From contig NC_087436.1 in NCBI RefSeq assembly GCF_036321535.1, positions 124,001 to 188,000 of the forward strand: a stretch of 64,000 bases of DNA, read 5' to 3'. Under the pieces are notes generated by a model. It was not told the origin of the DNA and did not search any database. It saw only the letters and a program-made list of their open reading frames with translations. Origin of the DNA: Camelus dromedarius (lineage: Eukaryota). Made by a program: the position numbers and the translations under genes. The first letter of the stretch is position 1. Every line of letters begins with the position of its first letter. Of this stretch, positions 14,901 through 26,500 are shown in pieces.

Positions 14901-15774
14901 ATATGTGCCCAGCCTTATAATACCAAGAAGGGGAAGCGTTTTTCCATTGAAACAGATCTATCCCACAACATAATTAAGCAAAAGGTTTATATAAAGACCA
15001 TTTAAATATACCAATTTTATAAACATTTATCTCAAATTTTTTAAATCTTATACCTTTAATTTTTATATTTATTAGGTTTAATCAATAATTTTTATTTCTA
15101 GAAGGATTGCCAGAAACTTTTTTGTTGTTGTTGTTCATTGTATCTAATTTTATAGAAAAGTCTCTAGGATGCCCAAGTTTCAGCCAAAGTGCTTAGGTCC
15201 TACTCAATTTTTAATTTGATTAATTGGTCTGTTGTCCCAATCATTAATCAAGTATATCAGTCTATATATACATATATTTTAAACTGTGGCAAATAAAATG
15301 GACTTGTTTGAACTTTAATGTTGGGGGACAGTAGGTGATCTCTTTGGCCCTTTTTTTTAACTTTACTAGTGTAGTATCAAAACCTTGTATCTATTCCAAA
15401 AATGTCCATTTTATTTATCTCATTCAAAATAACCATATAAAAATATTTATCCATTTGGGATAAGCCCTTATCTTTTTTTTTTCCGAAATTTTAACAATCC
15501 TTTTTCCAGTTATTCAATTTAATTACCAATAATTATTCTAAGTTTTTATTAACATCTCTAGAACCATTTATTGGAAAGGAAAAACACAAATGTAGCTTTT
15601 CAAAACAGTTTTTTTTTTTAACTAAGTTCTTAGGTTAACAATTAGATATATTTTTCTATCTTTAAACTTGATTTTAATAGGTACCAATTAAACAGCTGTT
15701 TATAATGAGATCTCTTTCAACTTTCACAAATTTAAATGTTTTTCCAAATTAAAGGATCCATCATATGGCCATCA

Positions 15775-15777
<3 letters not shown>

Positions 15778-15833
<56 letters not shown>
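15778..15833. repeat. (TA)28 microsatellite inside ERV
   Basis: Perfect TA run of 56 bp. Confidence 0.97.
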
Positions 15834-15838
<5 letters not shown>

Positions 15839-17048
15839 TTTAAATGAATAAGATGAAGAGGCTTTTCCACATGAGAGTGGGGGTGTTGCCTAAATAAAAT
15901 TCAAAGCTTTACTCTCCAAAAGCTAAAGGCCTTTGTGGTCCAGGCTGATGCAACAAAGTTTAAAATGGCAAAATATCTGAAAATTGGTACAAACAAAGAA
16001 TTGCTTAGAATCCAATTTATTTACGTGGCCACCATATGTACGCAATACTTGTACCTTTTGTATGGCAGAGTCCAAGGTTTCCTTTAAAAAGAAAGTAAAC
16101 ATACATATACATACATAAACACACTTAAAAGACCCAGAGAAAGATAAAACGTTTACATTTCAAGGACACAGGAAGAGAAATCCAAGTTCCCCCTAAAGTG
16201 GATTTTGTTTTTATAAGTTCAGAATTCCAAAAAATGTTTCTATCAGGCCTGATTACTTACTTTCAGATTGAGATTTTCTTTTCTAATTCCCAATTAATGT
16301 TGTAAGTTTTGTATGTACATAAACCTGGCTGGGGTATTAATTGGAGGCTGGCAATCTGTCATTTCTTTTTCTTTTCTTTTCTTTTTTTTATTTTTTTTGA
16401 AAGTTCTATTCCCCATTGTAAGGTCGGGTTCTCAGAATAAATTTGCTAGTAAGATTTCCCGCAGGGACAACTCTATGGCATGAAGTCTTTGTCTCTACCA
16501 CTCCTGCAAGATTCTCTGTCACCCGAGAAAGCTGTTACCAGCCAGGAGGATGGTCCCATTTTTGGAGTTGAAAGGTTCCTCATAAGAGTTTTACTTTTAT
16601 CCTGAAAAATTCAATGGATGTAACCAAATTGAGGAAAACATTAGACCAGCCTCTTACCTAACCACTCAGTCCTGAACCCAGTGTTCTCAACTTGGACCCA
16701 CTCAGGACGTCTCCACTGGGTGAGTATTTTCCTAATAGGTTTCCACCAGCCCACTTCTGACGTCTCTTCAATGTGGGTATTTCCCGTTAACTTTCAACGA
16801 GGTCCCACCCAGTATGTCTCCACTGGGTGGGTAATTCCCCCCAGTCTCCTTCAACTGGAGGGCCAGGTACCTGGAAACACCGCCAAATAAAACTCAGGAT
16901 TATCAACCAATATATGAGATCCGAGAACCAGGAGAGACTCACCCAAATTCATCTGGATTCCCCGAGGAGGCGGATGGTCACAAAGGGCCACTGCTGGTAC
17001 AAAGGCCCCAGTTACTCGGAGAGTTCAGGTGGAGAAAGTCTGCTCTGG

Positions 17049-17066
17049 GTCCCTTCATGGTGTCCA
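17049..17066 (-). promoter_or_regulatory. Primer-binding site, tRNA-Arg-like
   Basis: Minus strand TGGACACCATGAAGGGAC matches 15 of 18 positions of TGGCGACCACGAAGGGAC, the complement of a tRNA-Arg(TCG) 3' end as I recall it. It lies 4 bp from the LTR. Confidence 0.7.
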
Positions 17067-17070
17067 AAAC

Positions 17071-17563
17071 AGTTGACTGAAATACATGTGCCACCTAAAA
17101 TTTAAGAGTTATGTTTTATTTGCGGGAGGACTCGAGCCGGGATGACAGCCTCTCAGATCTCTCTGAGGGACTGCTCCCAAGAGGTTTGGGATGAGCTAGG
17201 ATATATAGGAGCTTTACAACAAAGACAAGCTTGTTGGAACAATAAAAGATTGCTTGTTATCTAAAGAAAGCCAGGTATCTCAAGTTCAATAATTTAGTGC
17301 TTTTCTATATATGGGAGGAAGAAAATATTTTGGACTCACTGAATTCATTCTTTAGACAAGCACCTAGCTATCTAGGGCCAGTATCCTGTCCTTTCTTATA
17401 CTGAGTCCCCTCAGAGGGCACCATTGTGAGTGGCTGCAGAGGCTGGGCTGCAGGCCTGTCCTCGCTGGGTGGTGGCGGCAGCCGCTGTTGACTTGGTTTC
17501 AGCATTCTTTGTTTACTGACATGGTTGCAGTATTTTCATTCAAATTGTAGTATTTTCGTTCAT
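17071..17563 (-). repeat. 5' LTR of provirus
   Basis: Second copy of the LTR, followed on - by the PBS-like sequence. Confidence 0.9.
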
Positions 17564-17899
17564 GGACTGATTATGGATAATCTGCAACCTTGGAAAGCAG
17601 CCGAGATGGAATTACCTTCTACTTTAATAAGCCGTGTGCAAACATAAACATGGAGGAAGCATACATTTGGATTTGGTGGTGTAGGGAAGGGTTTCTGCAC
17701 ATTACAGGAGAACGCAATGCAGAATCCCTTAAGTCCAACATTCTTTTCTGTAGTGGTTTCTGAGAACAGTTTATGGTAATTAACCAACATTGACAAACGG
17801 TCGCACACATTGCATTTAAGAGCTGGCCGACTGCACACTTAGGTATTGGACAGGTGGAATTCATAGGCAAGTGATCAGGTGGCTGGGAGAGAGTTGGAG

Positions 17900-18100
17900 A
17901 CAAGGCCTGGGCCCAGAATCCGGTTTAAATCGCCATTTCCTCACCATGGGGCCTTGGACTAGAATGTAACCTCTCTTAACCTGTTGGTGAATCTGTGAAA
18001 TGGGCATGATATTATTCGTTTCTTCCTGGGATTGTTGTAAGTTCTGAAGAGTATTGTAGCACACATGAAGCACTTAACACACTGGCATTTAGCAGTGTTC
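17900..18100 (+). mobile_element. MIR SINE remnant
   Basis: MIR-core-like gtaacctctcttaacctg...atctgtgaaatgggcatgatatt...gggattgttgtaag. Confidence 0.6.
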
Positions 18101-19836
18101 ACTGTGTGCTGCCGCCCCGCTTCGCGTGTGTCAGAGCCGTAAAGGCAGCATTTGTCTGTTGAGGACGCACTGGTAGCCCCTTGGCTAGGTTATGAATTTG
18201 GTGATTTCCTTTAATCCTTGTAACTCTGTGTGCCATGGGCATTTATTTTCATGGACAGATGAGGAATCTCAGGGTAAAGAAGACTGTAATTTGCCCAAAG
18301 TCAGATCATAATTCTGGGTGCAGTGGCCTCGGTTCAGCATGTGCCCCAGGGCCTTCTGCCCTCTCCGTTCAGCACCAGAGCCAGATGTGGGGTCAGCTGT
18401 TTCCCAGCCCAGAATATCTGGCAGGCCGCAAGACACACTGGCCCTGCGCTGCTTGAGCAAAAACTCCGGGGGGAGGCTGTTATAAAATGATAAACATAAA
18501 AACAGATGACAGCAAACTGTGATCAGCTCTGAGAAGGAAAGGAACACACCTCGCAGTGCAGAGCTGCGAGCTTTCCCATCAGTGCTGCTCTGGGGGCGTT
18601 CATATCGGCTAAACAAACTCTGCTGCTGCACCAAGGCAGGAAGGCAGGGAGCGTGTGGCCAGGTAGACAGGGCCTTGTTATCATACTCATTCCCCATTAA
18701 GCTGCAGCTGTCACGGGCAATTACCTAGTAAACAGTTGTCGGCAATAATCATCACGCACTTTTCTTGGTAGTTTTATTGGCCCCACCTATGAGATGAGGT
18801 CATTGAAGCTGGGGAGTTTGCTGCATGCCCGTGATCACCTTGGAAATACCCCCACTGGTCTATCAACCTAGACTGGTGTGGCTGTCATGTCCCAGCCCTG
18901 TGAATGGCATCCTGTTGCTTCTCCCAAGTGGCCCAAATGACTGACATTGATATTCTTAATTCGTAGGAAATGGTATGTGACAATAGGTGAAAAAGGTAGT
19001 AAGAAATTGTTTGGAAAACTAGAACAAAATCCAATTCTTCCCCAGCTGGGGAAGCGCACCCAGTGTCACCCACCCTACTCACTGCCTGTCACCTCCTCCT
19101 TGCTGACTCCACGTTCAGAAGCCACTCTGAGCCTTTGAAGAACATTTTGCCTCATGACACTGTTGAATAGGACCTGCTAACCCTCTGTCCCTGGTTAACC
19201 CTCTCTTCAAAGCCATTTAAATTTTTTGCAGGCTCCTCCGCTCAGATGTAAGAAAAGACTCTTTAAACTTCTTGATGCAGCTCCTTAATGAAGATCTTGT
19301 GAAGGAAACCTAGTCAAAACCTGGGAGGTATGCACACAGTGACTGCAAACTCAGCACTTTGTGATGTTCAGTATCAGATTTGTGGGTGACTCAGGAAAGG
19401 CTTTTTTAAGGTAACAAGGGGAAAGTGAATGGGCGCAGGATGTGTGAGACTGAAACATCTCGGTCCCAGCCAGCAAGGCACCTGCGTTCAGGATGGTGGG
19501 TGGGGAGTGCAGAGTTGTCACAAAGAAAGAAGTGGTGGGATGGGAGGGAGGACAGTTAGGTACTTTACTGGGGAGGGAAACAGTGGGTTGAACATTTCCT
19601 GGTTGAACAAGAGGACTGTGACATGATGTGCTTGTATTTTGGAGAGAAGGGTTTTGTGGGGACAGGCCTAGGGAGAACGCTCTCTGGCTGGGGAGTCAGC
19701 ACAACAGGGAAACACAGAGAACTGGGCAGACCCCAGGGCCCTTGCTGGGGAAGAGGCTGCCCGCCAATTCGAGCCCTGGGGGCTGCTTCTGTCCCTTAGC
19801 TGGGGACTCAGAGCTCCCTTCACAACCCAGTCCTGT

Positions 19837-20458
19837 TGATACAAGAAAAAAAAACGTGACGCATGAGAAGGGCTGTGTCTCAGGCTTTGGATGAGCCCCT
19901 GGGATGTGCCCCACCAGATTTTGCTCCTAGGCTTCATGCAGTAAAGAATTCAAGAGCAAGCCAGTGTTGAGTAAAGGTATATTTATTCAGAGAGATACAT
20001 TGAAAGGCAACAGAAACTTCACGAGTTGTGGGGGTTTGATGCTCAGATTAAAAGTAGGTACACACTCCACATAGTGTGGGCCTTCTCTGAAGAGGGAGAG
20101 AGAGTGGGGACCCCGAGGTGGTGTTGTGTTGCTCTTTTTTCTTGGGCTTGGTGGTTTCATATGCTAATAAGTAGAAGGATCAGCCTTAGGGCAAGGGGCT
20201 TGTATTCCCAGAGAGTTGACCATTTCCCACCCTTTGACCTTTTGTGGCTAGCCTTGGGACTGCCATGGTGCCTCGGGCATGTTATTCACCATGTTACTAT
20301 TACAGTGGGTGCATAATGAAGCTCAAGATCTGCTAGAAGTTAAATCTCTTCATCCTGTGCCTCAAGGCCTATTGGGGGTTGAATCCTTCACCATTATGAT
20401 GTTAATTGTTGTGGCCTTCCTTGAATGAATGTGCTCTGCCCCCTTCCATCCTATCTCA
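19837..20458 (-). mobile_element. Solo LTR, 622 bp
   Basis: TG...CA termini with a perfect 4-bp TSD CTGT (19833-19836 and 20459-20462); tttatt (AATAAA on -) near 19982. Confidence 0.85.
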
Positions 20459-20644
20459 CTGTGATGACACAGAGAGAACAAAGGCCGGGCCCTGCCTGTG
20501 CTCCTGCATTTAACAGAGGGAGGTGAGGTGTGGGCTTATGGTGACTCTGAGTGGTGAGAAGGATGTTTCAGATTTTCCCACGTGAGACATGGGGACCTGC
20601 CAGCAGCCACTGCAGAACTATCTCACGGGCATCGTCGCTTGTGT

Positions 20645-21007
20645 TGTTATGGAAACAACAGGCCAGCCAAGAAACAAGCACCACACAGAGGGTTGGAGTA
20701 CTGAGATTTTTTACCCCGGCGGGCTCAGAGGGGCTTCTGTTCCGAAGCTCTGAGCACCTCCAAGACCTGCACGTGAGGTTTTATAGGTTTAATTACAAGT
20801 ATGGGGCTATTAGCCAATAAGGCTCCAACAACAAAAAGCAAGGAATCAGTACACTGAAGCTTATCAATTTGGAACAGATCACATTACTGACAATTGTTGA
20901 CATCGGATTTACGAGTTAGCCCAGCAAAACTTAGATCAGTAAACGGACACTTATCACACTTAGATTTGTGACTTAGCTTGTTAGCCCAGCTGGGCTTTTC
21001 CTTCACA
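20645..21007 (-). mobile_element. Solo LTR, 363 bp
   Basis: TG...CA termini with a perfect 4-bp TSD GTGT (20641-20644 and 21008-21011); ttttata (TATAAAA on -) near 20779. Confidence 0.82.
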
Positions 21008-21023
21008 GTGTCACTCATCTTTT

Positions 21024-21223
21024 CTGTTTTTCTTTTTTTTTTTTTTTAAGTATTTAATCCAAATTTAATATCAGGATTCTTTGGGAAAGAAATTTCTCTT
21101 TTTCTTTTCTTTGGGGCTCTTTGGGGGGGTAGGTAATTAGGTGTATTTATCTGTTAGTGGAGGCCCTGGTGTTCGAACCCAGGACCCTGTGCACGCTAAG
21201 CACACGCTGTACCGCCCTCCCCA
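21024..21223 (-). mobile_element. Vic-1-type camelid tRNA-derived SINE with extended 3' tail
   Basis: Minus strand ggggagggcgg...gcttagcgtgcacagggtcctgggttcgaacacc...cctaattacc contains a B-box. TSD tcatctttt at 21015-21023 and 21224-21232. Confidence 0.8.
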
Positions 21224-21559
21224 TCATCTTTTTCTTTTTGCTTTATCTGTCAAGAATCTTACACCTGAATTTCTAGTCGGCCTTTAACACTTGCCCTGAC
21301 TTCATGGAATCCATTTTTATGACTTTACCTCCCACTGGTTTCATTTAAGTATTGAATCTCCATTTTCTCTTCACTCTCAGTTTTGCCTTTTTGTTGTTAT
21401 GGTTGTTAAGCTGTGTTTAAAAAAATTGTTTAATTTCTCTTTTAGCAGGAGGCTAAAAGTAAATAAATATGTAAACAAACAGCACACTTAAATGCTTTTA
21501 TACATTCTAAGCTGTTTAGTAGTTACTTAAAAACTGAATTGAATATTAAAGTGATAACA

Positions 21560-21730
21560 TTTTTAAATTATTTTTTAATTTTTTACAAAGATATAGCTGA
21601 TTTAAAATATGATATATTTCAGGTGTACAATAGATGCTCCATTTATAGTTACTGTAAAACATTGGCTGTATTCCCTGCGTTGTAAGATACATCCCTGTAG
21701 CATGTTTACATTATATGTTGCAGTTTGTAT
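21560..21730 (-). mobile_element. Short L1 3'-end fragment
   Basis: atatagctgattta...tttcaggtgtacaa...attggctgtattccctgcgttgta is typical of antisense L1 3' UTRs. Confidence 0.6.
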
Positions 21731-22195
21731 AAGAAATTTGGGTAACGCAGAGTCTGGGATGTGGCTGTGTCTGACCCAGGTTCACGCTCACCCTGCCTGT
21801 CAGAGCCCAGGCCCTCACTCCTGTATGCAGGAGAGAGAGTGGAGGTAGCTCTCATCAGCGCTGGTACCAACCTCTGAGTGGCAGTGAAAGCAGTGACTGT
21901 GTGTGGACGTGCAAAGTGTTGTTTCAAGAGCTTTACATGCATTTTTGCATTTAATAATTAAAGCCCTCCTGTGAGGAAGCGTTTTATGATTTTAATGAAT
22001 AAAACATTTTTTTGATATTGATAGACTTCAAACCTCCGGAAAATTTACAGGAATAGTACAATAAACACTCAGATACAGTTCACCTTAAAGGGCACTATTT
22101 GGCCTTTTGTGTCTGGCTTATTTTAGCATAAAGTTTGAAGGTTAATCCATGTTGTAGCCTGAATCAGTACTTTATTCTTTTAGTTTGATAATATC

Positions 22196-23690
22196 CTTTT
22201 TCTTTTTTTTCGTTTTTGGTCTATTTAAAAACATTTTCATTGAAGTCTAGTCAGTTTATAATGTGTCAGTTTCTTTTGCACAGCACAACACTTCAGTTAA
22301 AGAAGAACATACCTGTATTCATTTTCATATTCTTTTTAAACATAAGTTACTATAAGATAATAAAAATATTCTCCTGTGCTATACAGTATAAACTTGCTGT
22401 TTATTCTATACATACTCTGTATCTGCAAATCTTGAACTCCCAATATATTCCTTCCCACACCCTCTCCTCTCTGGTAACCATAGTTTGGTTTCTATGTCTC
22501 TGTGTCTGTTTCTGTTTTGTAGATAAGTTTATCTTTTTGTTTCTTTGCTTTATTTTTTGTTTTTTGTTTTTTTGTTTGTTTGTTTGTTTTAGATTCCACA
22601 TGTGAGCGATCTCATATGGTATTTTTCTTTCTCTTTCGGGCTTACTTCACTTAGAATGACATTCTCCAGGTCCATTCATGTTGCTGCAAATGGCATTATT
22701 TTATTATTTTTTTATGGGTGAATAGTAATCTATTGTACAAATACACTACAAACTCTTTATCCAGTCATCTGTCAGTGGACATTTAGGTTGTTTCCATGTC
22801 TTGCTATTGTAAATAGTGCTGCTCTGAATGTTGGGGTGTAGGTGTCATTTTGAATTACGGATCCTTCTGGATATACGCCCAGGAGTGGGATTGCTGGGTC
22901 ATATGAGAGGTCAATTTTTAGTCTTTTGAGGAACCTCTATACTGTTTTCCACAATGGCTCCGCCAAACTTCATTCCCACCACAGTGTAGGAGGGTTCCAA
23001 ATTCCCCGCAGCCTCTCCAGCATTTACTGTCTGTGAACTTCTGAATGATGGCTATTCTGACTGGTGAGAGTTGATACTTGATTGCAGTTTTGATTTGCAT
23101 TTCTCTGATAATGATATTGAGCATTTTTTCATGTGCCTATTGGTCAATTGTATGTCTTCATTGGAGAAATGTTTCTTTAGGACTTCTGACCATTTTTGGA
23201 TTGAATTGTTTGTTTTTCTTTCTTATGAAGTGTAAAAGCTGTTTACATATTCTGGGAATTAAGCCCTTGTCAGTCTCATTTATTGCAACTATTTTCTCCC
23301 ATTCCATAGATTGTCTTTTTGTTTTGCTTATTGTTTCCTTTTCTGTGCTAAAGCTTGCAAGTTTAATTAAATCCCACTTGTATATTTTTGCTTGTATTTC
23401 TATTGCTTGAGTAGACTGCTATAGGAAAACATTGTTGAGATGGATGTCAGATGTTTTGCCTATGTTTTCTTCTAAGAGGTTTATAGTGTCTTGACTACAT
23501 GTTTAAGTCTTTAAGCCATTTTGAATTCATTTTTGTGTATACTGTGAGGGAGTAGTCTAACTTCATTCATTTACATGCAGCTGTCCAGTTTTCCCTACAT
23601 CATTTGCTGAAGAGGCTGTCTTTACTCCATTGTATGTTCTCACCTCCTTTGTCAAAGATTCAATGACCAAAAGTTTGTGGGCCTATTCTT
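22196..23690 (-). mobile_element. 5'-truncated younger L1 (ORF2 C-terminus plus 3' UTR) nested in older L1
   Basis: ORF 22918..23124 ([25 protein letters not shown]...KCWRGCGE.GTLLHC) is the L1 ORF2 C-terminus; poly-T tail at ~22197. Confidence 0.9.
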
Positions 23691-23818
23691 GGTAATTTTG
23701 TTTATCCATTCATTGATGGATGGATATTGTTTGTAACCTTTGGCTACTCTGAATGAGACTGCCATGAATATTGATGTGCAAGTTTTTGTGAGAATATGTT
23801 TTCATTCTGTTGGCTGTA

Positions 23819-23958
23819 GAGTTGGTCCGCCATATCTGTAGTTTCCACTTCATGGATCCAGATGGCTGGTTGTAAAGGGACTCGAACATCCTTGGATTAT
23901 GGTATCCAGGGTGGGGGGTTCCTGAAACGAACCCCCCGAGGATACTGAGGGATGACTC
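23819..23958. mobile_element. MER2/Tigger-family non-autonomous DNA transposon
   Basis: TA before the left end; TIR-like gagttggtccgccatatc and ggatactgagggatgactc; internal gggggttcctgaaacgaaccccc. Confidence 0.7.
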
Positions 23959-24406
23959 TCTATGTAGGAGTGGAATTGCTGAGCCATATATTTCTAACCT
24001 TTTGAGGAAACACCAGGCTTTTCCAAAGAAGCTGCACCATTGCTCCTTTCCAACGGCTGCATATTGAGGGTTCCCATTTCTCTGCCTCCTGACCGACACT
24101 TGTTATTGTCCATGTTTTGATTATAACCATCGTAGTGAGTGTAAAATCAGATATCATTTTGATTTTGATTTCGCAAGTGATGCTGAGCATCTTTTCATAT
24201 GCTTATTGGCCAATTGTGTATCTATTTAAATACTTGGCATATTTAAAATTTGGGTCGATTTTCTTTGTATTGGTCCGTTGTAAGCATTTGTTTTATATCC
24301 TGGATACTAGTCTCTTATTAGATATATGCTTTGCAAAATTTTTCTCCTATTCAGCAGATTGTCGTTTCACTTTACTTTTTTTAAACATTAAAACAATTTC
24401 TTTCTA

Positions 24407-24482
24407 GGGGAGGTAATTAGATTTATTCATTTTATTTTTCTTGCTAAGCACACACTCTATCACTTGAGCTACCCCCTTCCCC
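24407..24482 (-). mobile_element. Internally deleted Vic-1-type SINE
   Basis: ggggaggtaattagatttatt...gctaagcacacactctatcacttgagctacccccttcccc; same ends as the 21.1-kb copy but the B-box region is missing. Confidence 0.75.
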
Positions 24483-26149
24483 TTTCATTTCACTTTCTTG
24501 ATGATGTCCTTTGTAACAAATGGTTTTAATTTTGATGAAGTCCATTTTATCTTTCTTGTTTTTCACTTGTGCTCTTGGTATTGTATCTAGGAAGCCATAG
24601 CCTATCCTAGGACCACAAAGATTTAAACTATGTCTTCTTTTAGAAAATTTATACATTTAGTTTTTACGTTTCTGTCTGTGATCCATTTTGAATTAATATT
24701 TTATTTGTTATATAAAATACGGGGGTCCAGATTCCAGAATCATTCTTTTGCCTTCAGATACCCAGGTGTCTCTGCACCATTTGTTGAATAGACTATTCTT
24801 TCAATGGAGTGTTGTTGGCACATTTCTGGAAAAATGACTGTAAATGTAAGTTTCCCCCCTGGATTTTTTATTGTGTCTCATAGATTTTTGCATTCAAACT
24901 TATGCCAGTACCATAATGACTTGAGTACTGTAGATTTGTAGTAACCTTTGAGTGAGTCCTCCAAATTTGCTCTTCTTTTTCAAGATTGTTTTGGCTGACC
25001 TGGGTCCCTTGCACTTCCATATGAATTTTGGGATCAGTTTTTCAATTTTTGCAAAGAAGTCAGCTGGAATTTTGATAGGGAATCCATTAAATTTGTAGAT
25101 CACTTTCTGGAGTCTTAACATTTTTAACAATATTGTCTACCATTCAATGAACATGGGATGCCTTCCATATATGTAGATCTTTTAATTTTTTTTTTGGTGA
25201 TACTTCAAAATGTTCAATGTGCAAATTTTGTAAAATTTTGTTAAATGTATCTCTCATTTCATTTTTAATGCTGTTGTAATTTGAAAGGCTGAGCTTCCTA
25301 AGGGTGGGACTATATATCAATTTATTTATTTCTAGGATTCCTACACAGCAAATACCCTAGATTTATATTTGCTACATAAATCTATCCACAATTCTTCCCA
25401 CCCCCGTGTCATAAGAAACCAAGACCCAGGTTAAGCTACCTTAACACCTATGTGGAAGTGAGAAGTGAGACCCTTGGGTGGGTCTTTGTGCAGATTATAC
25501 TGAAAGCTTATTCATTATGGCTTCATCTTAATTTCTTTTAAACCATCCTCTCAGTGTATATAGTCAGATACATTAAGAACATGAACTTTTGATGTGCAGA
25601 GGAGCTAAGACTATAATTTTCAAATAATTTCTAGTGAGAGTGTTGTACTTGAAACCTAATTTGAATCAATCTTTGAAGATTTATGTTTCAGGAGCTTTGA
25701 ATATATAATACCTGTCTTTATTCAATAACTACAACTAAATGCTCAAACAGCATGTAAGAGTTTGAGCAAACTGCCCCTGCCCCGTAGTGCTGGTTGGCTG
25801 CAGCTGTAACTGGAGTCAAGGCTTACCTATCCCAGTACGCTTGGGCAGATCTGCTCAAAGGGGTTCGTCCAATAGTTTGTCAGTAGTCTTTTGGACAAAG
25901 CCATAAAACATTGATTTAAAGTTGCTGGAATGGAATCTATTTTATTAATATTAAGTAAGCACATATTGAGTGCTTACTGTATGTTGGGAATTGTCCCTCA
26001 GCTTCATATCAATATTATTTCGCTTAAAACCTCTCATATTTCCTTGTTATTCATACATTGCAGATAAGGAGACTGAGGATTAGGTCTTCTCTCTTTTGGG
26101 GGGAGCTCATTATCAATGATGGGAAGTTGTAAGGAAAAAGATATTGATT

Positions 26150-26500
26150 CACCCTGAGAAAATATTTTTTTGAGAGTCAGCAATGAATAGGGTGACCACT
26201 GAAGAGGGTGATCATTGTTCGATTGATACGATCACCGGGTTGTAGGGAGTCAGCATCCCTGTCCTGGACACGGCACGTGTAGCGCTGCGTGGTGGGTGAG
26301 GCGGCGCGGCCGCGCAGGGAACGCGGATGCCGGGCTGTTGGGCTTTGCTCAGGCCAGGTGGGGCTTTCTCCTAAGGGAAGTGGAACGTCATTGTCAGATT
26401 TTAAGTAGGGGAGAAGGGTGCTCTCGTAGATCACTTTTGTCTTGTAGAATGCTTAGAAACATTTAGAAGGCTCGGCAGGAGGTGATGTGATAAGTCAGAG
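26150..26500 (+). mobile_element. L2 LINE remnant
   Basis: L2-like gggctttctcctaagggaagtggaacgtcattgtcagattttaagtagggg...agatcacttttgtcttgt. Confidence 0.45.

Larger units (their letters stand above)
10396..17563 (-). mobile_element. Non-autonomous ERV1-class provirus with two LTRs and an AT-rich degenerate interior
   Basis: Direct repeats of ~490 bp at 10396-10883 and 17071-17563. PBS-like gtcccttcatggtgtcca at 17049-17066; PPT-like gtgctccccc at 10884-10893. Candidate TSD GGAC at 10392-10395 and 17564-17567. Integrase C-terminal relic at ~11779-11929. Confidence 0.9.
22090..25280 (-). mobile_element. Older L1 (L1M-type) interrupted by a younger L1, a MER2-like element and a SINE
   Basis: ORF 24900..25130 (IYKFNGFPIKIPADFFAKIEKLIPKFIWKCKGPRSAKTILKKKSKFGGLT) is L1 ORF2. 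The 3' UTR piece at 22090-22195 resumes at ~23695. Confidence 0.85.

Noticed and set aside
21123..21222. tRNA gene
   Set aside because: The B-box belongs to a tRNA-derived SINE with tail and TSDs; no complete cloverleaf.
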